A DNA stretch of 61,722 nt, counting the filler, from Choristocarpus tenellus KU-1152 (lineage: Eukaryota; Protista; Phaeophyceae): the NCBI GenBank assembly GCA_964200185.2. It is 10 parts of 10 records of this genome, joined end to end, with 100 filler letters (N's around TTAATTAATTAA, not from the genome) between each part and the next. Parts side by side here need not be neighbours in the genome. Positions count along the whole stretch, not along the records: positions 35,429 to 38,130 come from CAXNAD020025505.1; positions 38,231 to 41,704 come from CAXNAD020019791.1; positions 41,805 to 44,947 come from CAXNAD020022009.1; positions 45,048 to 53,165 come from CAXNAD020005121.1; 6 more parts are not named here. One strand, written 5' to 3'. This document shows, piece after piece, positions 36,173 through 49,010 of this stretch. Position numbers and translations under genes: made by a program. The notes under the pieces are model-generated. The model saw only the letters and a program-made list of their open reading frames with translations. It was not told the DNA's origin and ran no database searches. The stretch's first letter is position 1. Every line of letters starts with the position of its first letter.

Positions 36173-37521
36173 ATGATTGACTCAGTCAAAGGCGACTCTA
36201 TGGTGCCAGATTGGAGTGGTTTAACAAATCTTGCCAGCTCTAATTTCGGGGCCTCTATCAAGTTTGCTACTGATGGTAAGGAGTGGATGAAGTTATGTGA
36301 GTCGAGGGTGTGCAATGGCTACCGGTTTAAACATATTCATGTTGACATAGTCACCACCTCTTCTCCCTGTGTCTTCAGAGTGGTTTGCCCCTGCCCAGCG
36401 TCTACTACTTGAGAGTAATCCCGTGTTCAATGACGAGTTCACACCGTACGGGAAGTGGATGGACGGGTGGGAAAGTCGCCGCAAGCGTACATCGGGACAT
36501 GACTGGTGCATCATTAAGTGAGTAGTCCTGCAAACGAACAACAAATTAGAGAAGATATTGTCGTCCTGTTGTATTGTTCGATACGATCTAATTTGGACCT
36601 GCACCCCCTGAGTGCTCATTATCCTCAGTCCTGTCCAATTGGTCCAAACAGACTCGGTCTTCCAGGTCAAGTGCGAGGCATTGAGATCGACACTGCTCAT
36701 TTCACAGGCAATCAGGCACCAAGGGCATCAATTCAGGCCATGTGGCTGGATCCGGAGCCGGTGAGCAAGACGCTTATGAAAACTCCGTACTTGAGGATGA
36801 TTTGATATGATTCATGGTCTTCTTTGCATTGGGGATGATTAGGTCCCCTCCTTTTCTAGTGTTACCATTTTGCAAACATTGCGCGGTCACTTTTTGCAGG
36901 TATCTCTGACGAAACTGGGGGAAGCATGGAAGGGTGAGAGAATTGGGACGGCTGCCTCGGAAGATGAGCTTCGACAGACGGAAGAACTGCATTCCAAGGT
37001 CTGTCAACAAGAGATACTAGGACCGAAACGCAGTCACAGCAATGCAGGACTACAACCGAAGCTTGATTAAGAAGTTAGAGGGCAAAGGTTGGTTGTCCCT
37101 TTCAGGCTGGGACAATTTGTCTTGGTATGAAGAGAAGAAGGGAAGTTTTTCAGAGCGTTTGAAAGGATAGATGCTTATTATGAGGCGGTGTGCTCGGGCA
37201 GGTTGATACAGTAAACGGTAAGAGATAAGGGATCCTTTTTTCCGTGAGAGGAAAAGGCCAGTTTCACCTTAATGCCAGTCCCACAGTACAGAGACTCAAA
37301 TGACCCCTTTCCGAACGTCTGTTGTCCATCATCTGCTGTTTTTTTCATAGTGGTGGTACTATTGAATATGTGTCCTTTTATTGCTGTATTTTCTCATACA
37401 ATAATGAGTGCGCTATGGTGTTTCCTCTGCAGGACTGGGCTCAACTGTTGCCAATGACTCCTCTGAAACCGGGGTATCAGCCAGGTAGTCGACACTTCTT
37501 TCCAGTGGACAACGATCAACC
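36173..37521 (+). CDS. ALLC: Allantoicase, first ~5 exons; 3' part not in this fragment
   Basis: [92 protein letters not shown]. Confidence 0.93.
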
Positions 37522-38058
37522 GTGAGATTCAACCCCCAACCCTCCACACTATCCTCTCTACGTCCCTGAGATTCGACCTTTCCATTCTGATGACAAACTG
37601 CAGTAATTGTTTGGGAAACTTGTGGGGAAACTCAATCTTGTTCCAATCTTGTTCCCCTAGGTCAGTAGCAATCTTGATACTGCGGCTACAAGGGCACCAG
37701 CATCATGTACCTACCAATTATGATGCAGAGAGGTTGATTGCCAGATTGGCTTGATGTGACTGCTAAGAAATGATTTTGTCTGTGTTTGTGTGTCATATTT
37801 TTTTGAGGCCTTTGTCACTATGTGCCCCTTGTCCTGTGCAGTCCCTCTAATGGGGAATATTGGATATATTTTTTAGATTCAATTGGCACACCTCTCTTCC
37901 TGTTCTGTCAGAGCAGTATCATTGTATGGGGTGCAATGAATAGGCATGTACTTGGGTGCAAACAGAAATGTATTTTGGCAGTGTGTTGCAGTGGGCACGT
38001 GGTAGATTGGTGAAGATGATTTCAAACAGGGCTTACAGAAGCACAGGATGAACTGTTG

Positions 38059-38660
38059 ACCCAAAGTATCTGAGGGAGGGGGGGGGGGGGGGGCCCACAC
38101 CAGGGGCTCATTTTAACAAAAAAGAGAAAANNNNNNNNNNNNNNNNNNNNNNNNNNNNNNNNNNNNNNNNNNNNTTAATTAATTAANNNNNNNNNNNNNN
38201 NNNNNNNNNNNNNNNNNNNNNNNNNNNNNNTTCCATACGTTGGATGGATATGAAAGTACACTTTTCCTGGTGTTGGTCCAAATGAACACTTTAGTGAAGA
38301 CCCCCACCCCCCAAGATACTTTGACCCGATACACTCTCCCAGGAGGAGATTGGGAAGCAAGTTCTTCCCAGTGGAAAGAGGAATGAAAAATGTGGTTACG
38401 AAACCATGACACCCAGAGTTAAGCTTGTGTACCTGCAAAAATACTGTATGTGTTGTGGTGCTACTGTCTGATCTACACCAGTAGTTGGCTCAAAGTACCT
38501 GGGGGAGGTGGTGGCTGTCCATTTGGAACTAAATTTTTCATGTCGCCATTTTTGGGTGATTTGGTTCCATACGTTGGATGGATATGAAAGTACACTTTTC
38601 CTGGTGTTGGTCCAAATGAACACTTTAGTGAAGACCCCCACCCCCCCAATACTTTGGGTC
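38059..38660. mobile_element. Cluster of family B MITEs: 38059..38130 (partial), 38231..38327 (partial), 38487..38660 (complete, TSD AGTT)
   Basis: TIRs as in other family B copies; AGTT at 38483-86 and 38661-64; 38231-38310 nearly identical to 38564-38645. Confidence 0.85.
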
Positions 38661-39141
38661 AGTTTGTGCTGTCCAACGGCCTGTTGTATGCGACTAAGGC
38701 CTATTTCTACATCTAAAACATTTTTGGGACAAATCATAATTGCTGATGGGATATTGTGTCCTTATTGCTGGATCAGGTAGATGGCATAGTCACAGGTTTT
38801 GTGGAGCAGGTCAGGAGAGCCGGTCTGTTGGTGACTCCAGACACCACATGTCCTTTGGTCTTAAGGCGAAAGCAGATATTCTTCCGAATATACCGTCTGA
38901 TGTATATATTAAGACGTTAAGGATTCTAATGGTTGGAAGAATTGAGTGAAAAATTGTTTTGCAGAATTGGTGTAATTGAGGTTTGACAAGGAGAGAAGGG
39001 AGAGATGGAATGTGATATCAATTGGGGGAAAGCATTGGAAGACCTTGAAATGAATGGTGGCAAGTTCCTGACCAGTAGCAGCATTGTTAAGGCTCAGGAA
39101 TGCCCGCAGTTAGAAGGAGGAGGGCGTACTTGAGGCCATGG

Positions 39142-39568
39142 TGTTACAGGCGCCCCTCAGAAGCTCACCTCCACAGGATGTATAGCTCCAATCCACGGTC
39201 TTATAGATGATACTGATGTAGTTATAGGACTCCTGATGCACAAGTCGTCAAGTATGCTGGATCTCTTGTCACAGGCGACATGTCTTGATTTCATAAACAC
39301 CATTATGACATTGAAGTTCGAGATTTGATATATTTGTACTTCTTGATTATTTTTTTATTATTTGGTCATTATGGTCCCCGATTGTGATCGACATTGTTGA
39401 TCAGTCCCTTTTTATACCATTTTTATTTACGATAATCCAAGTGAGAGATCCAGCATACTTGACGACTTGTGCATCAGGAGTCCTATACCTACATCAGTAT
39501 CATCTATGAGACCGTGGATTGGAGCTATACATCCAGTGGAGGTGAGCTTCTGAGGGGCGCCTGTAACA
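39142..39568. mobile_element. 427-bp foldback element with ~125-bp near-perfect inverted arms and TGT..ACA termini
   Basis: 39142-39266 is the reverse complement of 39444-39568 with a few mismatches; AT-rich spacer; flanks ATGG / GTGG. Confidence 0.8.
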
Positions 39569-41804
39569 GTGGTGCAGAACCTCTTGAATGAGCCAGTGGA
39601 GTTAATTTGTGTTATAAGCACTACAAGTCAGGCTGGTGAGGAAGGAGAGAGTGAATTATCCGGAGACCGGAGTGTGGCATAGGATGGTGCTGGTGAAAAT
39701 GGCGATGGCAGTAGAGGGGCAAGTCTCCTCCTTCTATCTCCCTTTATGATGAAGTGCCACCAATTTTTATTGGATTAGAGGCAAAGTCGAAAGAGAGTGG
39801 AGTAGATCGGGCCTGAACATTGCAGCACAAGGCAAAAACAGGGTTCTTGTGTGGTTTTGCTATTTATTTGACACCTTCGATGCAGACAATTGCCAGACAT
39901 ATTCTTCGACTAATGGTTGCTGTACGTTGCGGTCCTGTTTTCTGCCCAAGGAAAATATTGCATGGACCCAATAGCATATCTGAGAGCATGACAATGTCAT
40001 AAATATGTCGGTCACATTTGATACTAAAATACAGACTTTCTTTAGCCCTTACACAACCCTATTTAGAATCTGTCCACCATAAGGCGTGTCTGGCCCCAAA
40101 TCACGAAACTCACATTTGACGTGAACATTACCCATAAAGCGATTCAATCAATAAGGCAACTCATGTTGGTTTAGCACAGAGTCGCCATAAACGTTGTCAC
40201 CTACTATTGTCCAACGAAGGTAATGCATTCCTTGACAAAAAGTAATAACGACCATAAATGAACATGTGACAGACAGGTCTTGCTGGGAGCTGATCCTAGT
40301 CAAATCAACTTCCACACGCAAACACAAGTGTACTGCGCACACATTTCTTTGCCATTGGTGACGTTCACATCAACATCAATCACAGGGATGTCCTAAGAAT
40401 TCCTGGGCCACTTGCCATTGACAGTCACAATGATGTGACGTCAACCATCGGATCTGAGGTTCAACTCAGACTCATCTCAAGATTTGATAGTTGTGAGGCC
40501 TTTTGGGGCTTGCTGAAGCACCCCCTGTGACACAACTGATGATTGTGAACACACACTCCCACGACTGATTGGGCCCTGCCTCGTGACAAAAACAAAGCAT
40601 TGAAAAGAAGAAAAGGAAAGGAAGAGGATAAAATCAACCCCAATAGAGATACAATGAGAAAAACAGCATAAAGCAGAAAAGGACGGGCAGTGGTGGTGAG
40701 GGTGGTACCTTGGGCAATCCTAGCTGCTGCTTTGCATTACCTACATTTGCCATTAAAGGTTCCTTGGAATGCCACTCTGCCATGAAGCTCGTTGTGCCAA
40801 CAGCCACACACTCGTGCCACCGCTGTTTGTTTGTAGCCCCAGTGCTCCAACTGCAATCCCAAACTGATCAAGATTGTATTGGAAACATATCCATAGTTTC
40901 TTCTCCTGTCCGCCTTGCTTAAATTTCCAGCACTTTCTCTCCTCAATTGTTCCGTCTCCTTGCTCGAATTCTTCTGCTGGGCCCGACGTTTTCACCTTGA
41001 TTTAGTCCAATATTTTTTGTGGTATGGCCAGCCACATAAACAGGATATAGTAAAGATTTCAAATCTCTTAAGCTTGCCACATGCAATAGCATAATCCAAA
41101 TCTCTATCAGAGGAACAACGTTTTGGGGTGGAATAGAGGCTTACTGCAGTCTTTTGCACGGATGTTCCAGACACGTGAGCAAGATCACCCCCAAATGAGA
41201 GGAATGGACCTCGTGTTGTGGGCATTGTGACTTTCATGCAGACATGTTACAGGCGAATAGCGCGAGCTTTTCTTCTTGTATTTCAACGAAGTGCAAGCGT
41301 TTGCTTTGTTACACGCGAATAGTGCGAGCATTTTCTTCTTATGTTTCAGGAAATACGAACATGTGTAACAGACGTAGAGTGTGAGGATTGTTCCTTGGGT
41401 TCTGACAAGTACGAACAATATACGATATTAGTAATACATAATAGGTAGCCTTACAAGATAATGATGATTTTTATAGGAGACGCAGAGTAAGACTTGAAAT
41501 TCGAACACAATCTTACAGAATAGGTGTCAATTTCTGGAAGTTACAGAGTAAAGATTCATGATTGAAGTATCCACTTAGCAGCTTGCAGACTTCATGTAAA
41601 ATCTTTGGCTGTAGAAAACTGGTGGATGATGCTAATAGAAGGCTGATGTGGACCACCACGCCCTCAGACCCTTTTTGATTGAACCTCTTTTGAAAAAGCG
41701 AAAGNNNNNNNNNNNNNNNNNNNNNNNNNNNNNNNNNNNNNNNNNNNNTTAATTAATTAANNNNNNNNNNNNNNNNNNNNNNNNNNNNNNNNNNNNNNNN
41801 NNNN

Positions 41805-41863
41805 AGCCAAGGCCCAAATGGACAAACAGGGCAAAATTCGTACCCTCTAAGATACTTTCACTC
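41805..41863 (+). mobile_element. MITE family A right end, abutting a mariner TIR
   Basis: cccaaatggacaaacagggcaaaattcgtaccctctaagatactttcactc. Confidence 0.85.
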
Positions 41864-42790
41864 ACTTAAATATAGCCTCCAATTACAAAAACCAATTTTT
41901 TGTGTTGGATTCCTTAGAATATTCTATCTACATTTGATAAGTATGTCTCGCCTTCACTCGACACCACATCAACCCACCAATCCAGCACGGTGTTGTAGGT
42001 GACTCGTTCTACTTCAACCGCTCTAGCAAATCCGCCCTCCTGCTGCCTTTTTTTGGTCCCTGTGTGCTTGACCTCAAAGTCGTTTCTCCATAGCGCTCTT
42101 AGCACTTGATTGTACCTCTTAAACGGACTTCTGCCACAACTTCTCGAGAGTGTCTGCACTGTACGCATGGAGCGTGGTCTCAACCCCCTCTACAGGGTCA
42201 TCAATGGTGCCGTAACGTTCCACCCAAACCCTGCTCTTCAGGAATGCGAAACCATATGTATTGTTTGTTTATTTGCCATATCAACGCAACTCACACACAG
42301 ATTGCCCTAAGACAATGTCCAGTCTCTCTCTCAGCATTCATGTCTACATCAGAGGGGTGAAAAGTGCGAGAATCGTTCGTGTGTGGTGCAGTGGGTGTGA
42401 TCCTACTACCACGTGAGGGAGAGAGTCAATGGCAGAGTGGTGTTTGAGTTAATTTATTCCAGTGCGTACTATCACCCAAACCCTGCTCGTCAGGGATGCG
42501 AAAAACCCAAATCGTTCATGTTGAGATTTGGAGACTGCCCTGGCTGCAACACAATCTTGATTTTCCATGCATCCTCCCTCCCTACGGCGTTCAGCTTCTG
42601 CACTGTGCGTTTGCAGGTATGCTGGGTCGCGCCTTCCTCATTCTGTGTTCCGTTCTTTCTGAGACATTTCAGAATGATATTATTTGCATATTTATGTGCG
42701 TTGCTTTTACAGGGATACCTACCCATGAAGATTCCTCCCAAGGCAAATACTGGAGTATCAAAGATTGGCTAGATAGCGTAATCCAAACCC
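41864..42790 (-). mobile_element. Tc1/mariner transposase relic (C-terminal catalytic part)
   Basis: IKIVLQPGQSPNLNMNDLGF (QPxxSPDLNxxDLGFF motif), FKRYNQVLRALWRNDFEVKHTG; TIR-like cctccaattacaaaaac..tttttgtgttggattc shared with the 47495 element. Confidence 0.78.
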
Positions 42791-43566
42791 AAACCCAATT
42801 TCCTATCCACGAGTCACCGAACAACAAAAACACAACAAAGCAATCATGCGTATCATATTACACATTAAATGTGTATATAGCCAGCAATTATTGAACATGG
42901 TCTACAAATAATTTTTTTATTCACTATTAAATATTTGACTTCCAACTACTTCGTATATTGTCACTGTAAGTTCATTACTCATATAGCAGTTGGTATTGAC
43001 AGGAGTCGTGTCCCTACCTTGTCCTTCTCCAGCCGCAGATATAGCCACCAATTTATCCCCTCTTTCTTACTACTGTTAAAACTTTGAATTGCATTACTCA
43101 TGGGTTCTCATGTAGTGCTCTGTGTAGAGACTTGAAATGTTGTAAAGTGAAGAGGTGACCCAGTGCACTGAAATACTGGAGGAATTCGATTATGGGTCTT
43201 CCTACATGCTCTATGAAGAGACTGATTGAATGTTGTGAAGTACAGCACTATTCAGTGCTGTGGTTCAAGGTTATGATACATGCTCTGAGTAGAGAGGCTT
43301 GTGGATTCACTCGGAATATATCCCATCCAGTTTTGCTTCGAGATACACTTACTACAGAGTAAGTTCGGAGTCGTAAGAGGGGGCAACACCTCGTAATAAA
43401 AAAAATATTCGAATTTTATGACAAGATCCTACGGTTGCTTGATCTACTAGAAAAAAGAAAAAGAGACTCATGTCGAATTCTTAGCCAACTCATGTGTGTC
43501 ACGAACTGACTGAGTTTGTATGTTGAAGAACATCTATCTAATGGATCAGACTTACTATGACCATGC

Positions 43567-43824
43567 GAGTGAGAGTATCGTATAGGGTATGAGTTTTACC
43601 CTGTTTGTCCGTTTGGGGCTTGGCTTCCCACAGGTTATTTTACGACATTTACCTACTCCGAAACATTTCAGAGAAGGTAAAATGTTTTCATTACAAAAAG
43701 GTGTGTCTGGAAGAAGGATACCGACACCTCCGAGCAAACACGATAGCCAAATTGAATCAAAATCGCAACATTGAACTTTGTCCGCCAAATGGATGAGGCT
43801 CTACCCTCTAAGATACTTTGACTC
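43567..43824 (-). mobile_element. MITE family A, TSD ATGC/ATGG
   Basis: gagtgagagtatcgtatagggta ... taccctctaagatactttgactc. Confidence 0.85.
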
Positions 43825-43959
43825 ATGGAGAGTGTAACAGTATGTTGTGATCTTACGCCATGCAGGGCAGTATGCGTGCTATATGGATACCTACCAACTA
43901 AGAATCAATACAAGTGCACAGGGCAACGGTCGACTCTAGTTTATGGTACTGATTTAATC

Positions 43960-44420
43960 CTATAAGTAATATATTATTGTACCCTGTGAGATTTTGCAGA
44001 TGTATCAAGGGAAAAGGCAGCTCAATATATCACAAGGATCCCCTGAAAAAAAGTAACAGTTGTTGTAGATGTGAAAGATACCTTTCTATAATCTATTTTC
44101 TATTTTACTACCAGTTATGCTACACCACTCCCCTCCTATGCCTCCAACCTAATTTAGCCCTACACCACAGGGCAATGAGCTAGGGAGGCATTCCGAGAAT
44201 CTGACAGGCCCCTCCTTACGCATCTCCCTGGTGTCTCCAACTTAAAACGTATGACAAGTCTTGATAGAGCCATTTGTGTTGTGATATATACCATCTGTGG
44301 TAAACAGGATTTTGCAGCTCCTTTTCTCCTGTAGCCTCCTGCCCCTCTCCCCCCTACCATATGCGTAGCCAACTCATCCAGAAACCTTTCTGCTTGCTTA
44401 CCGAGCAGCCCAAAACTTTC
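43960..44420 (-). mobile_element. 5'-truncated copy of the RLE-type LINE (coding tail plus downstream tail)
   Basis: ATHMVGGRGAGGYRRKGAAKSCLPQMVYITTQMALSRLVIRFKLETPGRCVRRGLSDS followed by the conserved tail. Confidence 0.75.
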
Positions 44421-45047
44421 CGCTGTGAAGGTGTTCTGATTAAGTCATCCCTAAATTGTGGAGGAAACAGCTTATGTTTCAATTCTATAACCATGCAGAG
44501 TGCAACGATACGTTGTGACCATATTCCTTGCAGATCGGTATACATGCAACGTGGGTACTTGCACACTAAAGAGTCAGTACTGGTGGACAGTCCAATGGTC
44601 AACACTAGATGATGATACTGAATTGTATCGAAGAATCACAGAGGGAGGAAATATATATTTTAACATTGACAAGCCCATTTTCTGGCTGTCGCACTCTGCC
44701 TCCTTAAACATTCTCGCATTGGATCCTGCAGCTTACAACTCTGCGGCCCTCTGTGGTTATTCCATTCACTCCACACCCGGTTCATTAGTGTTAACGAATA
44801 CTGCTTGTAGTATCATGGGTATCCATTTTGCTCGTGGAGGTACGTCCCCCAAGGTGTCCATATGGGAGTAATATATAGGGACACCTTGTACAAGGTGTTC
44901 CTATAACAGAGGATTTTCAAAATTGGGGATGGAGCGGGACTACGAGGNNNNNNNNNNNNNNNNNNNNNNNNNNNNNNNNNNNNNNNNNNNNTTAATTAAT
45001 TAANNNNNNNNNNNNNNNNNNNNNNNNNNNNNNNNNNNNNNNNNNNN

Positions 45048-45385
45048 ACGCAAGTAGCATTATCTCGACGAGTCATGTGTTTTAAGCTAGAGTCACCAGG
45101 GAGATGGGCACGGAGGGGTCTGTTGGATTCTTGGGATACTTCCTTAGTCCCCCCCAGGGGCACAGGAGTACGTAGATGGGAAGATAAGGAAGATAGTAGT
45201 ACAATACTTGATAGTGGTGAAGTAACTGATTAGTGGTTTCCACACAATGTTTTATAGTGTTCTTATGTTATGGATATTTTTATTTATTTAGGGCTAACAC
45301 CGACATATATATAGTTTTCATTGGTTTCCCCCCTGACACATCTGCAAAATGTCAGAGGGCATAATAATAAAAATTCAGAGTACGT
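45048..45385 (+). mobile_element. 3' end of the RLE-type LINE
   Basis: tttaagctagagtcaccagggagatgggcacggagggg..ttggattcttgggat nearly identical to 53967-54023. Confidence 0.75.
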
Positions 45386-45409
45386 ACTGGTGGATGCTGG
45401 TTGGTGAAG

Positions 45410-46824
45410 CCGATATTGATTAGATTGATTTTGTCACTTCCAGAGGAAGTAAGTTTTCAAGAGGATGCCGTTTGAAATATCAAATACTCCCTGGTCATTT
45501 CAATGAATCATGCCATTATCCCTTGCCTCCCTAGCCCACTTACTGATTAGCTCGTTTACACATATGTGATTTGATTACTTATTCTCCCACATGGGAAGGA
45601 CACTTGCACTTATTAGAGCAGGGGTTCAAATTTATTGGCAACCTGTATAACCCTGAAACCGCCAAAGGTTCAATTCAGGTCTAGAGAAGCCCTTTATCTG
45701 GGTCACGTTTTGTGGTCTGAATGGATTCATATCAGTGAACATCAGGTTCATGACATCACTGGATTACCTAAACCCACCTTGACAAAAGCACTTCCATCTG
45801 TTCTACGTATTGTTAGTTTTGAGTGTAATTTATACCCAACCTAGCCGCAGTTATTGAACTATTACTTGTCTTACTAAGAAAAGGGTCAGTAAGAACATTG
45901 CTAATGAATGTAGATATAGACCAGGATGGCGCATTTTTTACAAGTGAAACAATAACTTACCACAGTCCATGTTCTCGTATTTTCTAACTTTACGAAAGAG
46001 TTCACCTTGTTGACGCCAGTGAGAGTGGCTCTAGAAGTATTTTAGCACCATCCCGATACCACAACCCTAACAATCTAGGTATCATTGCTTCCTTCAGGAG
46101 GAAATTCAACAAGCTCAACATTACTGTTCAGATACAATGACAAAAGTATTTTGGAGTTGTTACCCCTATCATTCACGAGCGACTGTATCTCTGGGCTAGA
46201 CTCTTTACCTGTAATACAGATCATGCCTCATTCATTGTGTTATTTGAATAAAATGCAGGATACCAGTAACATACCCTCTTGTTGGGCTATTGCACTCAAG
46301 CTTATAGCTTCCCTGTCAAATACTAGCCCAGTAAGAAAAATGTTAAATCTGACACCTCATGCCGTATTTTCAAGTTCTGAAACAAGAGAAATTTGTTGCT
46401 TCAATCCTGGCATCTATTTATCGTAATGTACCCAGTGGCAACCGTTCATTTACCACACATGTTCAAAAGACATGAAATTTATCTCTTTCTAACCTTGACA
46501 AGCAACGCCTGTCCCAAGTGATCATGAACCAGTATTTTCTAGTTCCACTTGTGAATTTGCTACGATGGACCCGGAGCAATTGCACAACGCGGAGGAGTTC
46601 AAGTTTGGACAATATTTGAGGTATTTGCAGCCCCCTAGTGTCGCCTGACCACCTGATGAAGAACCGAGTATGTCCATGCAATTTTTTCTTCTTCATAATG
46701 ACTTAGCATATTGTTTATATTTAACAGGCCATCTTCGTAAGAGAAGTATGTTTAGAGAGCAGTTAGTTCTTCCTCGTTGCTTATTTTGTTTTGTACTCTA
46801 CAGTCGTCATGATCATGAATTGTC
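45410..46824 (+). mobile_element. Ty3/Gypsy LTR-retrotransposon pol relic (RT, RNase H, start of integrase)
   Basis: ITLKPPKVQF..EALYLGHV, LPKPTLTKALPSVL, EFTL.DASESG, TDHASL.YL..M..WAIAL and HDHELSSH in Gypsy order; frameshifted. Confidence 0.75.
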
Positions 46825-47082
46825 GAGTCACAATATCTTAGAGGGTAGAGCCGCGTCCATTTGGGGGACAAAATCCACTGTTGCGATTTCGATGTAATTT
46901 TGGCTATCGTGTTTATTAGGAGATGTCAATATCCTCGTTCCGGACACACCGTTTCATAACATACACATTTTACCTACTCTGAATTTTTTTGGAGTAGGAA
47001 AATGTCATAAAAACCCCGAGGGAAGCCAAGCCCCAAATGGACAAACAGGGCAAAATTCGTACCCTCTAAGATACTTTCACTC
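46825..47082 (+). mobile_element. MITE family A, TSD TGTC/CGTC
   Basis: gagtcacaatatcttagagggtag ... taccctctaagatactttcactc. Confidence 0.88.
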
Positions 47083-47494
47083 CGTCTGGAAGCCACTTGG
47101 ATTTTCAACTCCTGTTTGATGTTGTGAAGAGACTTTGATTGGCGGCGATCATTTGGTATCGATATTTGTACATGGGGTCAAGAATGTCATGCATGTCCAA
47201 CATGTAAAACGGTTCTTAACGAAGTATCGCTTCACACTGGGCACATGCCCGTTGACGTATTATTTCAGGTTGGTTCCTATGAAGTTGGTAAAGTACAAAA
47301 CGTTCCTCAGCGGTAAGAGGTGCTATGTGGTCGTACGTATTGTCTGTCATTGATCTTCTCACCATTTTTGCTGTGTGATACCCATTCTTTGAAGACAATA
47401 CCATTGAGGCCTTGCAATTTGCCTTTAGTTAAAGGAAATCAACTATTAGAGAGAGTACATGCTACCTGGCATTCTACTCTACAATAACAATGTA

Positions 47495-48208
47495 CTCTCT
47501 CTGTACCCTAAGTTTGTGCTGTGAAGTTGTAACTCTTCGAAATGACCTCCGATTACAAAACGGATTTTTGTGTTGGATTCGTTGGAATATTCCACTATAA
47601 ACTAGGAATTCTGGAAAGAATTGCGTTCGTAAATGGTTCCAAAGGTATGGGACACAGAATTGGGAATATTCGGCCCATGTATAATGGTCCTGGACTAGAG
47701 TGGGGCCACCCACCACTCTCATAACCCTGCTGGTACACACTTGAGTGCATACCTCTCCAACAAGCCTCCGGATCAACAGCAATGGAACAGGATCTCAACA
47801 TCAACGATTTGGGGTTTTTCGCATCCCTAAAGAGCAGGGTTTGGGCAGAGCATTACGGCACTATTGATGACTTTGTAGAGAGGGTTAAGAGCATGTTCCA
47901 TGCGCCGAAACAGACATGCTCAAGAGGGTGTGGAAGAGTCTGTTAAAAGGTACAATCAGGTGCTAAGAGCACGGGGGGAGGACTAAGTCGAGGTAGACCA
48001 CACAGGGGCTGAAAAAAGGCAGCGGGAAGGTAGGTTGACTTGAACAGTCAAAGTAGACTGAGTTAACCACAACATACTTACATATTTATATAATGCACTT
48101 GTTTAAAGTAGAATATTCTAAGGAATCTAAAGCAGTAATCGATGTTGTAAGCGGAGTAAATCTCAAAGAGCTACAATTTAGCGGCACAGACCTATGTGAC
48201 AGAGGAAG
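47495..48208 (+). mobile_element. Internally deleted mariner-like element (~714 bp) with Stowaway-type TIRs and TA TSD
   Basis: TA|ctctctctgtaccc ... gtgacagaggaag|TA; ~90-bp imperfect TIRs; interior QPPDQ..DLNINDLGFFASLKSRVW. Confidence 0.8.
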
Positions 48209-48891
48209 TACATACTGTTATGCCTGGTTCCAATCTGAAGTGAGTTGCTAAGGTGATATCATCAATGAAATTGACAACATTCCCTTGAATGATGGATGCA
48301 GCTGTCACTAGAAGTGAAAATGTTAACTGTTGTGAGATCAAAGTGTGCACAAAACAAATGTAGACTTACATACACACAAGGTGAAGGCAATGGAGAGTCA
48401 TTCAAAATTTCTGCTCTTCCTTTCTTTATTTTGGATCAAGTTCAGATCCATTCCCACATGTTCCACCACCGATACACTGATCAATTGCTGTGGAACTACC
48501 TACCTACTCCACCCACCAACCCAAAAACACAATTTGGGGGCGGCGGTGCACTAGAGTTGCATAAGCATAAAAATCTCCCATTCAAACAGTTCCTTTGACC
48601 ATTTGAAGTGCCCTACTTCACTTCACAATAATAGGTCATTCCCAACTAGGCTCGGTTGCGGACTGACTGGGTTGTGGTCCTTTGCACGTTTTGTATCGCA
48701 CATTTGGGTACCGAGTACTTTTACTGATATGGTGGGCATGCATAGGAAGGGTCAGTATTGTAACTATAGATTGGCACTCTCTCGGCACTTTGTACTCTCG
48801 GCCTAATTATATCCCTCCAATGCCGCGAACCCTCAGGAAGAGATGAAACTTTTAAGCGTTGATTTTTGCACGATAAATTATGACAACCAGT

Positions 48892-49010
48892 GAGTGAAAG
48901 TATCTTAGAGGGTACGAGTTTTGCCCTGCTCGCAATATCGCAATCGCAACATTGGATTTAGGCCCCCAAAACAAATGGACGCGGCCCTACCCTCTAAGAT
49001 ACTTAGGCTC
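48892..49010 (-). mobile_element. MITE family A, internally deleted (119 bp), TSD CAGT
   Basis: gagtgaaagtatcttagagggtac ... taccctctaagatacttaggctc; CAGT on both sides. Confidence 0.85.

Noticed and set aside
39820-41000. Possible glycosyltransferase-like exons on the minus strand
   Set aside because: Fragmentary with many stops; no motif I could assign with confidence.
40992-41237. Fanzor/TnpB C-terminus suggested by 'CSSDRDLDYA'
   Set aside because: No DRDxNAxxN motif, no CxxC zinc-finger pair and no RuvC-I/II motifs upstream.
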